A stretch of DNA of 64,000 nucleotides from Chrysomallon squamiferum. Its lineage: Eukaryota; Animalia; Mollusca. A program made the translations under genes and the position numbers. Below the pieces are notes generated by a model. That model saw nothing but the letters and a program-made list of their open reading frames with translations. It was not told where the DNA came from and searched no databases. Shown in pieces: positions 1 to 15,322 of this stretch (position 1 is its first letter; every line of letters begins with the position of its first letter). The stretch is taken from contig CM022665.1 of assembly GCA_012295275.1 (NCBI GenBank), forward strand, positions 13,144,001 to 13,208,000. The letters are read 5' to 3'.

Positions 1-1139
1 TAAATAATTAAAAATATTATTAAAAAAAACACACTGACAGACTGACTCACAGTCATAAAAATATATCCAGGACAGATGGACACATACAAAATCAGAGACA
101 GTCAATGAGAACAACACAAAGAGAATAAGAAAAAGGAGAGGGTGAAAAGAAAGATACAAGAAAGAGAAAGGAAATGAAAGAAAAAAAAAGAGAAAGAAAG
201 AAGGAAATAGCATTCTTGATACCAATATGAAAATAAACTTTAATCCTAAATCTCTGAAAACTTTATCAGTCGTAAATTACTACCTACACGTCATGTGACA
301 GTCTGATAAAACTACTTTTCTGAGGCACATGGCACAGTGCCACCTGGAAACATGACTCATTGGGTCCATTTATGATAAAGTTCAAAATGAAAGTAGCCAC
401 TCAAAAGTGGTGTAATTCAAAACATGGTACAGGCTTCAACACAGCTCTGAGTAACACACACATTTCATTACTAGAAACGTGAAATGTTTTAGAAATACCA
501 AAACCTTTCACTTGAGATTCTGTTTGTCCAGACTTTTTTGTCAAGTGTTGTTTAGATCAAAGCTAGTGATAATGCTTAATTCTGGCCATGTTGATAAGCA
601 CAAACTTATGAGTAATAAAAGCAAACAATATACTAATGTGCTGTAATATACCAATAACCTGCCTTTTTCAGCTATAAGTTATATGCTTATTTAAGTGGTT
701 AAGTCTCTGCACTTAAAACTGACAGGTTCCAGGATCATGCCCTGTTAGTGACTCTTAGCAAGAATTGTTTACACTAGAAAAAGAATGATATTCTATATTT
801 TATTTCTAATATATTAATAAAACAGTTTCGTAACTTATTCTTATTAACTAGTCATATTAACTATATATACTGATGTGCAGATAACCATGTTTTTTTTTTT
901 TTATCTCAAAATGCTTTTGTCTAAATTTAGATGGGCTTATTTTTGTGTAGCCTCATTTTTCATGTTTTGTTATTTATTTTATTCTTTTAGTGAGCTAAGC
1001 ATCTGGATTCCATATCGAAAATAATGTGAAACATGTTTTTAATAAAAACTGAGGAAATAAATGAACTAATGCACCTACAGTCTGCATAAAACGTTTTTTA
1101 AATAAACAGTTATATTTTATTCATATACATGCATACACA

Positions 1140-1530
1140 CAGTGGTACCTTGACTTACGAGTTTAATTTGTTCTGTGATCAAGCTCATAACTCAATTTGC
1201 TTGTATATCAAATCAAATTTCCCAAATGAAATTAATTGAAATACTATTAATCCATTTCAGCCCCACAAAACCATCCCATGGTCAGAAAAAAGAAATTTGG
1301 CAAATTACTGCACAAAACATGAGCACAACACAACAGAGATGCTTCGACATCAAGGTAACCACACGAAGCAAATGAGTGAGACGAGGGATGCTGGGCGGAT
1401 GTTGTGTTGTTTGTTGCACCAACTAACAGCAGCTTATAAGAAGCTCACTCATTACATGGATTATGGCTCATGATTGCTCATAATTCAGAAAACTCGTAAG
1501 TTGGGGTACTCGTAAGTCAAGGTACCACTG
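1140..1530. mobile_element. Tc1/mariner-pogo (Tigger-like) MITE
   Basis: Perfect 23-bp terminal inverted repeat CAGTGGTACCTTGACTTACGAGT. TA on the right flank, CA on the left (mutated TA target duplication). No transposase. Confidence 0.85.
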
Positions 1531-2373
1531 TATATATAAACACACATACAAACATACATACATGTAGATATATATGCATTTACATGAAGACACAGACAAA
1601 GACACAATAAAGAAAAAACATACACTTTATGAACCCTATAAGAATATTAATGTGATACATTCCTTATTAAAAAAGAATAATAATAATAATAATTATTATC
1701 TACTTTGAAATTTACTTTTTATATATATTTATATACTCTGCAGAGATAGAATTTCAAGTGAGTTAACTAAATTGAGGAACTTCATTGATAACCCAAAGCC
1801 AACAAGGTGATAAATTAACATGATATAAATGAAACATATAAACCAATATGTTTAAATCCTGTTTTTTTTTGTTTTTGTTTTTTTATTCTCTCTCCCTTTC
1901 CAAGATCAATATCATCTGTCTGTTTTTTTTTGTCCGTTATTTTCACAACATATCTCAGCAGGGGACTCACTGCCATTGAAACCAAAATCATTTTACTCTT
2001 GTTAGAGCAAAGCAACAAAGACACAACAGGGTACAATACAAATCCAAAACATACAAGAAGAAAGTGATAAATATCTCAGATGATAAAGGTAAAATGTTAC
2101 TCACACCAACACAAATGGATATCTCAACTTTATTTGAAGAGATTTAGTGTATGGGTATGTTTTCGATACAAGTAGTTAAAATAAAATTAAGTGCTTATCT
2201 ATTCAGCGGTTTCGTAAGAGATAATAACCAGGTGTGATATGGATTTACATTTATTCTTTTTTTTTTTAAATATAGGTACAAGAAAATATGTTTTTACAAG
2301 CTAAATAAAGAAACATCAGAAAATAAGGTATCCACATAAAGGTAAAATGAATACACACACACACACACGTGTT

Positions 2374-2406
<33 letters not shown>

Positions 2407-4066
2407 ATATATACACACATACATAAATACATACATACGAAGACATTTACACACACATACACATACACACACACACACACATACACACACACATACAGAT
2501 CTACATATATCTATCCTTATGATTAAAATAGTGGAGGAATACACTGACAGAAAAACTAAGACAAACATAATGTAAATATACCTTTTAAGGAAACTCTAAC
2601 TGTGAATAACTACCCAACATTACTTTTTGTCAGAGGACAAAACATTTTTTAATATTTAACTATATTTTGTATTTCACAGATCAGCAATATTTTTAACTAG
2701 CAAATACTACTGAATATCTTTTAATGATATACGAATTAAACTGATTTATTTACAATAGTTATGTATGTCCTTTCTGAAAATGTTTACTTATAAAAAAAAG
2801 AAAAAAAAAAACACATGCATTGACAAATAGGTAATAACAAAGACTAAAATGGCAGTACTAGTACTATTATGAGTTAACTGCACAACTACTCAAATTAAAT
2901 AAGTGTACATATATCTTTGAATAATGTGCAGTAATGGTATATAACAATTTTTATTTAAACGTGTATAAATGTAAACTGAAATTAGTGAAATGTTTTCAGA
3001 AATTAGTTTTAGGAAATTATAGATGTTTAGTTTGGATGTTCTCAAAAAGAAGACACACAAATCAATTAAAAACTGGAACAGGTGGGTGGACATATTACAT
3101 AAGCTCTAAGATATATAGTCAAATATGAGGAAAAAACATATGCATACTAACAGATATTTACATCAACATTTATCATTATTCTTCCATAAATAAAATCAAT
3201 CTGCATGTAAATGTGTTCTCACTCTCCTTTTTCTTTTTCTCTCTCTCTCTCTCTCACTTTCTCTTCCTCTTTTTTTCCTCTCTTGGTCATATATATTGAT
3301 ATTCTAAATAAAACTATTTTTATTTACAGTAATTATTCTTTAAAAATAGTTGGAAAACAATAAATCCATGCCACCTACACCCATATATATAGTGAAAGAA
3401 AAAAATCACATACAAAATGATACCTGTGTTTGAAGTAATTTCTAGTTATAAATTGCTACTTATAATTACAAGTATTCAGTGTTAGATAAATAACTACATT
3501 GATCTTATTTACAAGTCAGATCATGTTTCTGTGTCCAATAAGCCAATAAATGTGACAAAAACCTGTGAGTCACTTTTGAAACAGACCATGATTTTGATAA
3601 TTCTATATTGGAAATGAACAGACCATAACTGAAAACAGTATACAGTCTGAATACATACAATTGACATGGTTCAGATGCATAGAAATTCTAACAAAAGAAA
3701 ATCTGTTTAAATACTGGATCACTAATTGAACACTAATTCATAGTATATTTCAGTTGGATATAAAATAAAGATAATTTAATTAAAAATGTGCTTTAAGTGT
3801 ACCTGTATAGTAAAATAGCTAATGAATAGTATAAATACATAATTTCAAGTGAATGTTTTATTTGCCATATATTTGTTCACTGATAATAAAGGTTAAAACT
3901 GGATTAAATTGTTCACAATGATGTTGCATTGATTTGTGACAGAAGTAAACCAAAAATGAAAAAAACGTTGAATCTCAACAGACATATTTATTAATAAAGG
4001 TTATTCTTCATAAAACAAATGCTTAGAAGTATACAACAATTGTTTAGGTTATTTGTCAGCACCACT

Positions 4067-4067
<1 letters not shown>

Positions 4068-4137
<70 letters not shown>

Positions 4138-4406
4138 AATAAATAAATAAAATAAAATAAATTACAATATTTATTTTACACTACAACCGGTGCTATTATA
4201 AAATAGATATTAAATAAGACTACAAGCAAGGAAATACAAAATACATACTGTAATAACAGTGTAAATATATACATTTATAAATAAATACAGGAAATGACAT
4301 CATATGAAGGAAGTTGGTGGATGATTTATTTTATGTTTCCTTTTGAAATAATTTAGTTATTTTTATTAACATTATTATTATATATGCTATAGGTATGTGT
4401 GTACAT

Positions 4407-4467
<61 letters not shown>
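4068..4467. repeat. (TAA)n/(TAAA)n at 4068-4150 and (GT)n at 4410-4467 microsatellites
   Basis: Directly visible. Confidence 0.9.
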
Positions 4468-4470
<3 letters not shown>

Positions 4471-5074
4471 ATAGTTTCTTTCTTAAATTAATTTTTCTTC
4501 ATTAAATTCTTTTTCATGTTGTATTTCACACAAATGAATACAATGTCTGTAATGTGCTGAAATGAAAATTAAATAAAAGACATTTAGTTGGCTACCATTA
4601 TTGGTATGGAAGCTTAACATATAAATAAAAACATAAACATACACTAATACAACTGACATATTTATAGGTTAGCCATTACTGCATAAGAGATGATCTATAA
4701 TTTCCTCCTGTATCTTTAAAAATGGAGTCATTGACTATGTTGACAAGTTGCAATAGTTACGAACAAAAATATTTAATTTAAGAAATATATAACAAAATCA
4801 TCATGAATTTTTTTTATTCTGATGATCAAGTTTTCAAATCACCATGTTGTAGTAAATGTTTTAACTTGCATGGCAAAGCAAACTCTTATCATTCATGTCT
4901 GTCTGAGACAAGAAAGTACTTGATTTTTCAGTATTAGGTTAATTATATTAGAGAATTAAAATAAAAATTAAAATGATTTAACTTATACTTACAAAAAAAA
5001 TAATAATAAATAAATAAATAAATATTTTAGTTATTCGGTGTCAATGCTTTTCAATATAATAAATTATACAAGGT

Positions 5075-5195
5075 AATATATGGGTTACTCTCATCAAAGG
5101 ATTTTTTATATACATCTTTCAAAAGACAGGAAGACACATGCCGTGATCTTTAATATAAAAGTCCTAGAGTACTGGTTGGAATGAGAAATACTACA
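5075..5195 (-). mobile_element. Degenerate SINE core fragment (Meta/MESC-like mollusc SINE)
   Basis: gggttactct..aaaggattttttatatac..gacagga..cacatgcc..agagtactggttggaatgagaaata. Related pieces at about 5510-5645 (opposite orientation) and 53980-54102. Family name is from recall. Confidence 0.5.
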
Positions 5196-5379
5196 AAGAA
5201 GGAGCACTTGGAATAATGGGAAAAACTTATAAATTTACCCATAATGCTTTAAGTCAATGTCCAAAGCACTGAACTGTAGCATTCTCTTCTCAAGCTAACA
5301 TACCAACACATTAACAACATTGTTTTTGATAAACAAGTTTCTGAAATATTAGCTAAGAACTTATATGCTTAGATCTTAA

Positions 5380-5426
<47 letters not shown>

Positions 5427-7568
5427 ATTTTAAAACAACTGATAGTGATAGCTGGAATATTAGTCCAGGATTTACATGTTTAAATCTATTTCTAAAATGA
5501 GTGTCTTACTGAAAAGAGCAACCCATGTGGTGGTAGCAGTTAGGTTCTTCTTTCAAGACTTCATTAATACAATTACAAGTAATAAAAACAGCCTTGCTGC
5601 TAACAAGCATTATTATTAAAATGTACTCAACTATCATTAAACAAACTTTTATTCTTTCATTCAGCTTGGCTGACAGATCAGTTAACAGTTATATGCTACT
5701 ACTCATTTTAATAGCTTCTACAAGATAATCCAATGAAAAAATGCAGGTAGTAAAAAAAGAACAATACAAAATGAACACCTGACTTTTCACATGTAATTAT
5801 TTATAGGTGTTGTATATAAGATATATGTAATAAAGCCTGTGTGTGTGTGCAGTAATAAGAAAGGCCATGGTTAGGAAAACATATGAAGTGGCAAAAGTTT
5901 GACAAATAGGAAAAACAGTTTTTAAAAAAGAGAGAGAAAAAATGTTTTGTCAGTACATATTCAACAGATAGATAATTATATGATATTCACAGGTGTTTGT
6001 TTAAAAAAAAAATTCTACAAAAACAAACCCCTGTATTTAAAGAGACAGATGGATCGAAATAAAAAAAAGACAAATACATTAAATGCATGTAGATAAAAAA
6101 AAAATATTTTCCACTTATAGTCAAATACCCATTATCAAAATAAAAACTTGTGTGAGTCTGAACTACAAAAGGATTTTTTAAATACCACTGACTACACAGT
6201 TAACATAAAACTATTAACAGTAATAACATTTTGGTATCACTATGTGACTAATTGGTTTCTGCATAGAATGGCTCATTATAGACATAATAACAGGCTGCAG
6301 AGGCATCATATTAAGTGTAGATGTTTTTTAAAATATAAATCTGTCATTAATTTATTTTTCCTTCTTTGACTGTTAAAATCACTGCAAATAAGAACTTTTA
6401 CCTTATTTCTGTGACTATAATATTAATAAAAATCCACTTATTAGTCAATCAACATTACAATAATAATTATCAAAATAAATACTAGTTAAACACCTTAAAC
6501 CCTCTATCTTTACAGACAGACACAGTTAGTGTCTTTAGAAACAGACCAATATAACCAATACATATTTACAGATACATACAGGTAACTGTTTAATGATCTT
6601 CAGAAGAAGACAGGACACATTCTAATTTACTTTTAGAGATACATAGATAACTAATATACAGTTACAAGTAGACATAGATAATCTACTTTAGTTAGACACA
6701 AGTGACATTTCTGAAAAAGTAGTAAAGGTAATGTATCCACAAAAAAAAAAAAAAAAAGGTAAACACATTAACAGATGGTATGTTTATGAGAATGTATGCA
6801 CAAGTGTGAATTTCACATTCAAGTGTTTTCACATAAAGAAAAGGTGACACACATATGTAGGTACATACAGATATTTATTTCCACTCTTACATACCAAAGC
6901 AGATTACAGTTTCTAATTTCTGTTGTTAATATTTCATGAGTTATTTTGCACAGAAATTTCCCCTTTCAGTCTGAACATTGTGCCACATTTAATGGTAAAT
7001 TTGGTAACTTTAGGGGTATAATCTTAAAGTAAATTTAAAGGAAAATAAAGACTGAAAGAAACAATCAGTGTACGAAACTTGTTATGAATTATTAAAACAT
7101 TTAGTTATTATTCATAATAAAACATTTTTGGTTTTATTGTGCATGTTTATTATTTATATATACATAAATATCTTTCTCTTTTATTTATCTTTTTCTATTT
7201 TATTTATATATTTATTTTTAAATTTTTCTAGAAAAATTTATAATTACTGATCCAAATAAGAATTAGTGAAAAGCATAATTGTCATACTCTCTGTATGAAT
7301 AGGGAAATATATGGATAAGTATTAAAAAGTATTAATATGGGTTGTATGTGTGTGTGTCTGTGAGGGGGATGCATATATATATATTGTATCTTATGTGATT
7401 CCAAAACAATTATGATAATTATCCTGTTAATAAAAATAAAGGCAGAAAAAAACAAAAACAAACAAGAACAAACTGACTGAAAATAAAAAAAATAAGCACA
7501 AAGAAAGAAAGTTAAAAAAAAGAAAGCTAGAGAGTAATAAAGAGTTATCTTTTCATATAAGAACTCAC

Positions 7569-7688
7569 CAGTTCCTGAGATGCATAAAATCCTTTCTGGG
7601 GGTCAGACATAGAGTCATAGCAGTAATCAAATGAGAAAGTTTTAACTCTTTCTCTGCTGTCAGCAAATTCAGGTATATGACTGTCAAT
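7569..7688 (-). CDS. STARD9: STARD9-like kinesin exon 3 (TFSFDYCY)
   Basis: ttgtag acceptor, gtgagt donor, 120 nt open in frame. Confidence 0.85.
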
Positions 7689-8985
7689 CTACAAATATGT
7701 TAAAAAAAAAAAAAATTTAAATCAAGAACAGTTTATTAATATTAACAAGACATAATGAAAGATTAATATATTTATAAAAGATATTAACAAAAAATAAAAC
7801 TGTTTAATTATTATGCAGACATACACATGACAGTGAAACACAAAAGACAAACAATAAAAAGAAAAAGAAAAGACAAAAATTATAAAATATGAAAATATTT
7901 GAAAAGCTAAGAAAATAATAAAATAAATAATACTATTAACAATAAAAATGTTAAAAATAAATGAATAAAAAAGTAAAATAAATAAATAAAACTTGTAAAT
8001 GCTGTGAAAGACAGAAGCTTATTACTATATCAACATTTTAACAGCATGTTACATCAAATACTTCCTAAGTAAAATAAAGTAGAAATAAAAAATTAAATAT
8101 AAAAAAAATTTGTATATGGACAAAAATATTGATATCATTAACTGTTTTGCTAAAATAAATTGCAGCATGCTACCAAATGTAGCCTTTGTTCAACTATATA
8201 TGAAAGGTAAGTTGAAATGAAATGAAACTCAGTTGATTTAACATCAAAGACTTGATAACTGATCTATTACACATACACACACCCCAGACAAACATACACA
8301 CATACACTAACTTTTGTAATATATAAATATATAGAAACTTAAGAGTTGTAAGTAATTAGGATTGATCCTGTGATCTGCCATGTCTCAGTTCAGTGTTCAG
8401 CGGCCACTCCAAACTGTAACATGTTTTTACAAGTAGTCAAAGTGTCAGCATACAAATTTAGGAATGCAAACTAAACAATACACTTGAGAAAGCTATACGA
8501 TATTGATTTAATGTCATTTAATGTGCTTACAACCCAAAACAAATTTCTAACTAACAATTACCTTTTGTGTTCTTATTTTAATTATTTATATATCAAATTT
8601 GCTTCAATATCAAGTAAATATTTGTTCAAGAGGTAAATGTATCTGTTATATAAAAATAATATGTAGTTGTTTTTCTTCATGAATAGATTCCAGTGTTTTA
8701 ACTTTTGTAAAGCAGTATGAATGTTTGTTTATGAAAGTTAACCTCCAACATTTGGATTCTGATCAACTAATTATCTGAGAGTAACTGAATTAAATTTTAA
8801 TAATGTTCATTATAAATGTTTATATGTAAACACACACACAAACACAAACATACATACCTACATACATTCTTTTTAAAAATGTGTACTTGTTATGCCTGTA
8901 TTTATGCATAAAAAAATAAATCAAATAAAAATAGTCATACATACATACACATAAATACAAACATATATAAATACATACATGTATG

Positions 8986-9023
<38 letters not shown>

Positions 9024-9070
9024 CATATGTGTAAATACATACATATGTATATGCACAAGTAAATATATGT

Positions 9071-9103
<33 letters not shown>

Positions 9104-11946
9104 AATATGCATAAATATGCATACAAGATAATACACACACATATACTAATATAATTACTTGATATATTTTATTGACTACATCTATGTAAGACTATCAGGC
9201 AGCAGTAACCAGAAGTCAAGGTATACTATAGTGACTAGTGTCAAAGATTAGGTTAATCCACAGGCAGTGGTCTACTCGTTTATTGCACAAGGTGTTACAT
9301 AATCCTGCATTAATCTTCTAACCGACTGCTAATACAAACAGGTAGAGAAAGCAGGCACTTAACAAATTATGGTGTGTTACAAAGTGAGGTTCTGCAATCT
9401 TTTGATCTGCATCACACATATATCATCAACAGAGCTATGTGTCAGATGTCAAAAATCACTGAATGCAGATGCTATTTAAATGATATAGGTTATTGAATAC
9501 TGGTTTAATAGGTAACTGTATAAAGGTGTCATAGATCACTGAATACAAGTATCATAGATTATTTCATATAGATAATATAGGTTACTACTTAAGGCTGTCA
9601 CTGGACATGGAATATAGGTGTCATAGGTATACATAGTTATCTTAGGTAGCTACAAATAGGTATCGTATTGAATACAGATGTCACACATTGCTGAAAATAA
9701 GTGTTAAAGGTCAATTTATATAGGTGTCACTGCAAATAGGTGTCATAGGTTATTGAAAAGAGATACCAGAGGTCATTCCCTAAAGGTGCCATAGGTTAAT
9801 AACTATGTACTAGTGTCAAAGGTCATTAATTATAATTTATAGGTTACTGTTTAGAGAAGTTATTTAGAATAAATTTCAATTAAAGATACCATATGTTATC
9901 ACTGTATACACTTGCATACATTCTTCCTTAAACACACACACACACACGACCACACACTACACAAACACACACTCACATACTCCACACCACAATACACATA
10001 AACACATATATAATTATACTTGTGATTATATACACTATCATACATTAAAAAAAAAAAAACACGACTATACTTTTACCACATGCCACACATAAAGCATCAT
10101 CTAACAGTCTTGAAGTCATTAAACAAAAACCTTGTTTCCTCTCTTTCAAATCTATATTGAATTATCCTCAGATGTTTAAACAAAAGAGAAAAATTCAGAT
10201 GGTATTTGGCAGGTTTTGTTTATATGGGTCAAAGTGGGGGATGTTATTTACAATGGCTAGGAGGGAGAGGAATTTATCTGAACATATATGTTATGATACC
10301 AAGAACTGATAAGTTAAAATATCATTGTGTTGATTAAAGTACAATTCTCCATGGTTACCAAATACATGACTAATTTCTGTTTGTAAACAAACCCTCCACT
10401 TGAATGAATCTGGAGATTAGTAATGGAATGTCCCACCAAGTTTAAAGAAAGACAGGCCATTTGTTTTTTTAAGCAAGTTAAACTGTTTACAAATCACAAT
10501 GTACCATTACCCATACAACATATGAACATTATGAGGAACCAGCTTAACCTGCTTATCTCAAGAGCTTCCTGAAGTAGGAATCTTAAGTATTGTTGAGAAT
10601 TAATGACAATAAATTTAGATTAATCTCAGACTACCTGTTTTAAACTATAATGTTTAGGGTTTATCACTGTCAATCAAAGTATAGTTTTAAGAAACAATTG
10701 CAGACATTTCTTCCTGAAAGGTTTATACATAGGAATGTCTTAAAAGTTTATAAGTAGTGCTTAGATGATTGTTTTAGAATTTAACAGTCTTTTTAAAACT
10801 GAATCAAAACATGGACAGAAAAAGAGTGCTCAGAAAACATTCAAACATGGAGATATAACAATAATTCCAGTACATTCTGCTGATACATTTTTGCTTAGAA
10901 TTTCAAACAAGTTTGATATTACTAGTTATCTTTAAAGTGTTATGAATATTAATACCATTAAATTATTATTTAAATGCAAAAATGATGATACCCAACAGAA
11001 TGACGATACCAAAGTATTTTCTCTCTATGCAAATATGTGTGTGTGTGTGTGTGTGTGTGAAGCAACATACAAAACTTTCATGCTATAATTTTAAAATATC
11101 AATTAAGTCTTTTCTAATTAACCTAATTTAAAGACAGTACTTATACACCTTAACTTTAACAGACAAAAAACATGTTAAATTACCAAATTATAATATTTAA
11201 ATGTCTGTTATTAACATTATTATGCAATAAAAATAATATCATTTAAATATTCAACTTACCTGTACATTATATTATGTAATAATAGATAAACTGTATATAA
11301 CAGTGTAATATTGATAATATGGAATAATATTTTCATTTATACAACAAAGTAATACTGAATGAACTCACCTTAACATTAATAACACTGATAGTGTCTCCAT
11401 TTACATCCACAATCGAACTTGCATTGCGGTCAGTCTCTCTGTAAACACAATTTAAATATTTATATAGGCCAATATGTTTATTATTTATTATAAATTTTAA
11501 AAATATTTATAGTTATGTTTTGCTACCACATTAAAGGATTCAAACAAAAGACTTTTTCTCAAATGTTATTTGAAAGTGCTTATTTAAAACAAAATTAATA
11601 CTACATTGCAGTCTAAAGTTTTAGTTTATAAAATATAATTCTAAAAATATTATTACTGCTGTAGAAAAAAGAACTATATAGATGAAGATTCAGAATTTAT
11701 TAAGAAGAGCTTTTGCCTTCATCAAGAAAAGAAATCTTTCAAAATGAAATGAGTTTCTTTATAAAATATAATAAATATGATGCAGTAAAAAAATATGGGT
11801 GAGTTAACCCTAGAAATTGCTGAATACATGGGTAAGTAATAAAATTATATATAATACTTAATAATTATAAGTATAAATCTGTATATAAATATACATTACC
11901 AGACCTAAAGTGAAGCTCATTAAAAAGAATATGTTAATATTTAGTA

Positions 11947-12008
<62 letters not shown>

Positions 12009-12491
12009 ATCATTATTATTATTTTCTTCTTTTTTGTTTTACTTTTCTTTCTTTCTTTCTTTTTCTTTTTTTTTAAATTATTATTGAAATAAAGTTTAGG
12101 CTGCACGCGTATGTCATCAGTTACCAAATTAACGCTGAAACCAGGGCAAACAAATTAACAATAAAACTAGTTGTTACATTATCATATTGTTTTATGAGTA
12201 ATAATCTGTAGATACATGAAATAATTGCGCCGCTAAAAGAAATAAATAAATAAAAGTAAGAAAGAAATCCGATCGTCGAGCAATCAAGCCCACTGTGTAA
12301 CAGTTTAACACATTAACCGTTAGACAAAGATAGAGACCGTGCACTCAGTGTCGATAATACCGCTTTAATACTGCTATGCTATACATATATGAACCGGACC
12401 AATATAGTTATCGTTTGATAAATAATCAACAAGTAAAAACTTACTGTCCACTTAAGGGACGCACCCGCACCGCTACTTTCACATTCGACAT
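7569..12491 (-). CDS. STARD9: Kinesin-3 motor, STARD9/KIF16A-like; 5' part only (coding exons 12491-12445, 11438-11369, 7688-7569); gene continues past the left edge
   Basis: Spliced translation is MSNVKVAVRVRPLSGQ|ETDRNASSIVDVNGDTISVINVK|IDSHIPEFADSRERVKTFSFDYCYDSMSDPQKGFYASQEL. Exons are 47, 70 and 120 nt with GT-AG boundaries and compatible phases. VAVRVRP and FxFDY are kinesin motor N-terminal motifs. DSRE..FDYCY...YASQ resembles STARD9 more than KIF16B (recall, not searched). The P-loop exon was not found in 1-7568. Confidence 0.8.
9420..9900. repeat. Degenerate minisatellite, unit about 23 bp (ATAGGTGTCATAGGTCACTGAAT-like)
   Basis: Recurring ataggt / gtgtcatag / cactgaata blocks throughout the interval. 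Confidence 0.7.
11369..11438 (-). CDS. STARD9: STARD9-like kinesin exon 2
   Basis: tttacag acceptor, gtgagt donor, 70 nt, restores frame after exon 1. Confidence 0.82.
12445..12491 (-). CDS. STARD9: STARD9-like kinesin exon 1 (start codon, VAVRVRP)
   Basis: ATG at 12491-12489; donor gtaag follows 12445. Confidence 0.85.
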
Positions 12492-12700
12492 CTTTCTTAT
12501 CCAAATTCATCCATTTTCACAAGGAAAATCCCGCAAAAGAGACATTTTGAAAATCCAAACTGCGGGAATTTGTTCGTAACTCCATTCGTACTGTATGTAC
12601 ACTTCGCAACTTGCAAAGTTGTTCTCACCGGGCGGGTTCAGTTCGCGATTAGGGGTGGCAGCTTGCTATCGCTTAATCAAATTTTTTGAAAGCGCTGCTT
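12492..12700 (-). promoter_or_regulatory. Probable 5' UTR and promoter of the STARD9-like gene
   Basis: Locally CpG-rich with a GC box (gggcggg near 12630) just upstream of the ATG, in an otherwise CpG-poor region. Confidence 0.45.
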
Positions 12701-13094
12701 GTCCTTTACAAAATGCTTAATCATTGATAATGTTAATAATATACGACCTGTCTGGCATGTGTATCACAGATCAAAATTAATACAAAGTAAACTTAGCAAC
12801 TGGAATCATTATGACGTTTGTTGATCAGGCTAGAATTTTATAAAAATGTAATGGCGGTAATTATTACGTTCATGCTGTAGTAATAATATTACAGCTGTAG
12901 AAAATATTTTATTTCCTCTTTTCTACGTTTTGGACTCGTTGAGAAAGTCCAAATTTTATTTTTATAATTATGTTTGAGCTTTAATTTTAAATTTCCCCTC
13001 TCCCAATGATTAGAATATCTGATTTTGTTTGTATTCGTGTGTGTATTTTTTGTATATACGTATATGTGCGTATGTGCGTGCGTATGTGTGTGGA

Positions 13095-13129
<35 letters not shown>

Positions 13130-13723
13130 TTCGTTTTATTATATAATCAATTACTTAATAACTGTTGTTTTCAGTGACCATTTCTTTCTCCCTTTTTTTT
13201 TTTTTTTTTTTTTAAATTAACATTTTTATTTATTTATTTTTGAAAATTATTATTATTGCATATATATGTACATATACACGTACATGCATACATACTAATA
13301 GTTAGTTTATTTAACTTTACCATTTTCCACTGAAGGCTTAAAAATACAGCTAGGCAATCACGTAATATTCAGTTTGTGAAAACTGATGTCAGATGACGTA
13401 CCACTTTATGAATAAATAAAATGATGAGTAATTAAACAATAGTATTTTATTTTGTTAATCTATTTACTGTTCTCAGTGGCAAGTTTAATATTTCAAACAC
13501 TGACAGATCTGGGACACATTGGTGATAGATGGAAATGCCACAGGGATTAAATTGTATACTGTTTTTATTATTACTATTACTATTTATCAATAACGAATGA
13601 AACAAAAAACAAAAATAATAATGATAATAATAATAACATAATATAATAACACAAAATTCCACAGAACAAACATAAATTAATTTATTTGACTGTTGTTGTT
13701 ATTATTATTATTATTTTATTATT

Positions 13724-13791
<68 letters not shown>

Positions 13792-13793
13792 AC

Positions 13794-13824
<31 letters not shown>

Positions 13825-14032
13825 ACTTAAATTTTCGACACCCGGGTTAACCGTAAAATCTCACGGACCAGTTATTTACTGATATTTATCTAAGGTGCAC
13901 TTAGCGGTATGACATACGAGTACCTTGATTTTTATTGTCAGTGTTTTCCGACACGCGAACCAATCGTTTATGTTTTTATTTTAGAAAATTTACATAATCT
14001 TTAAGGAATTTTGTAGGATTTATCTTTAATTG

Positions 14033-14067
<35 letters not shown>

Positions 14068-14754
14068 GTATCATTTATATTAAGATATCAGTATGCGTTT
14101 TCGTTTCATTTCTTCGGAAACCAGAAAGGAGAGAAATGACAGATATTGACAGAATGACTTATCCTACTAATCAACAAAATATTTTGTACGTTAAGAAATT
14201 GTAGCTGTACTCTGAATTGCTGCCACTATTTCCCCCACGTCAGTGTTAGAATTTTATGGGAAAACGATACAGGTCAGTTCCTAAATGCGGAAATAAAAAT
14301 GAACTGAGATCCATATCTTGAATTCTCTGCCTTTCTGGATCCATTTATGTTTTCCTTTATTAATCAAATTAACTGCTTGAAGAACCATGGGTCAGATTAT
14401 TGCTTCATAAAAAAAGAAAAAAGAAAAGAGAAATGATTTTTGAAGAGGTGAGCAAAATATAAGCATATTTGTTATTTTTGTCGCGTGCAAGTGGTATGTT
14501 ACTATGGTTTATGCATGACAGAAATGTTCTAAAATAGATACGATGGAAATGATAAGTGTTCACCCGATACAGTTAAGAACGTGCAATCACCATGACACTG
14601 TGAAAACAAACGTGCTGTTCTGGTAACTGTTGTTGTACCTGTTGTTATGGTTATGGCTTTTACATCGGCCTAGTACAGGAGTAATACATACGTATTAGTT
14701 AAACTACTAAAACTGTGTATTGTTGTCATTCTTCTTTCTTCTTCTTCTGATTGG

Positions 14755-15322
<568 letters not shown>

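Noticed and set aside
685-760. tRNA-like A/B boxes (also about 8355-8410, 12270-12325, 50295-50385)
   Set aside because: Too degenerate to fold as tRNA; better explained as decayed SINE heads.
2266-2575. ORFs rich in VCVC/HTHT/YIYI (also 8820-9142, 36502-36814, 40498-40768)
   Set aside because: Translations of (GT)n, (CA)n and (AT)n microsatellites.
1-7568. Search for kinesin exon 4 (GYN..FAYGQTGSGKT); donor-like sites near 1966 and 2101
   Set aside because: No kinesin-like translation found; the exon presumably lies left of the window.
10340-10365. RFX X-box-like ctccatggttacc (also near 15448)
   Set aside because: Short partial matches are expected by chance; no independent support.
11858-12127. 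ORFs with LSLSLS/ERERER runs (also 14720-15017, 16499-16768, 58367-58573)
   Set aside because: (CT)n/(GA)n microsatellites; no coding signal.
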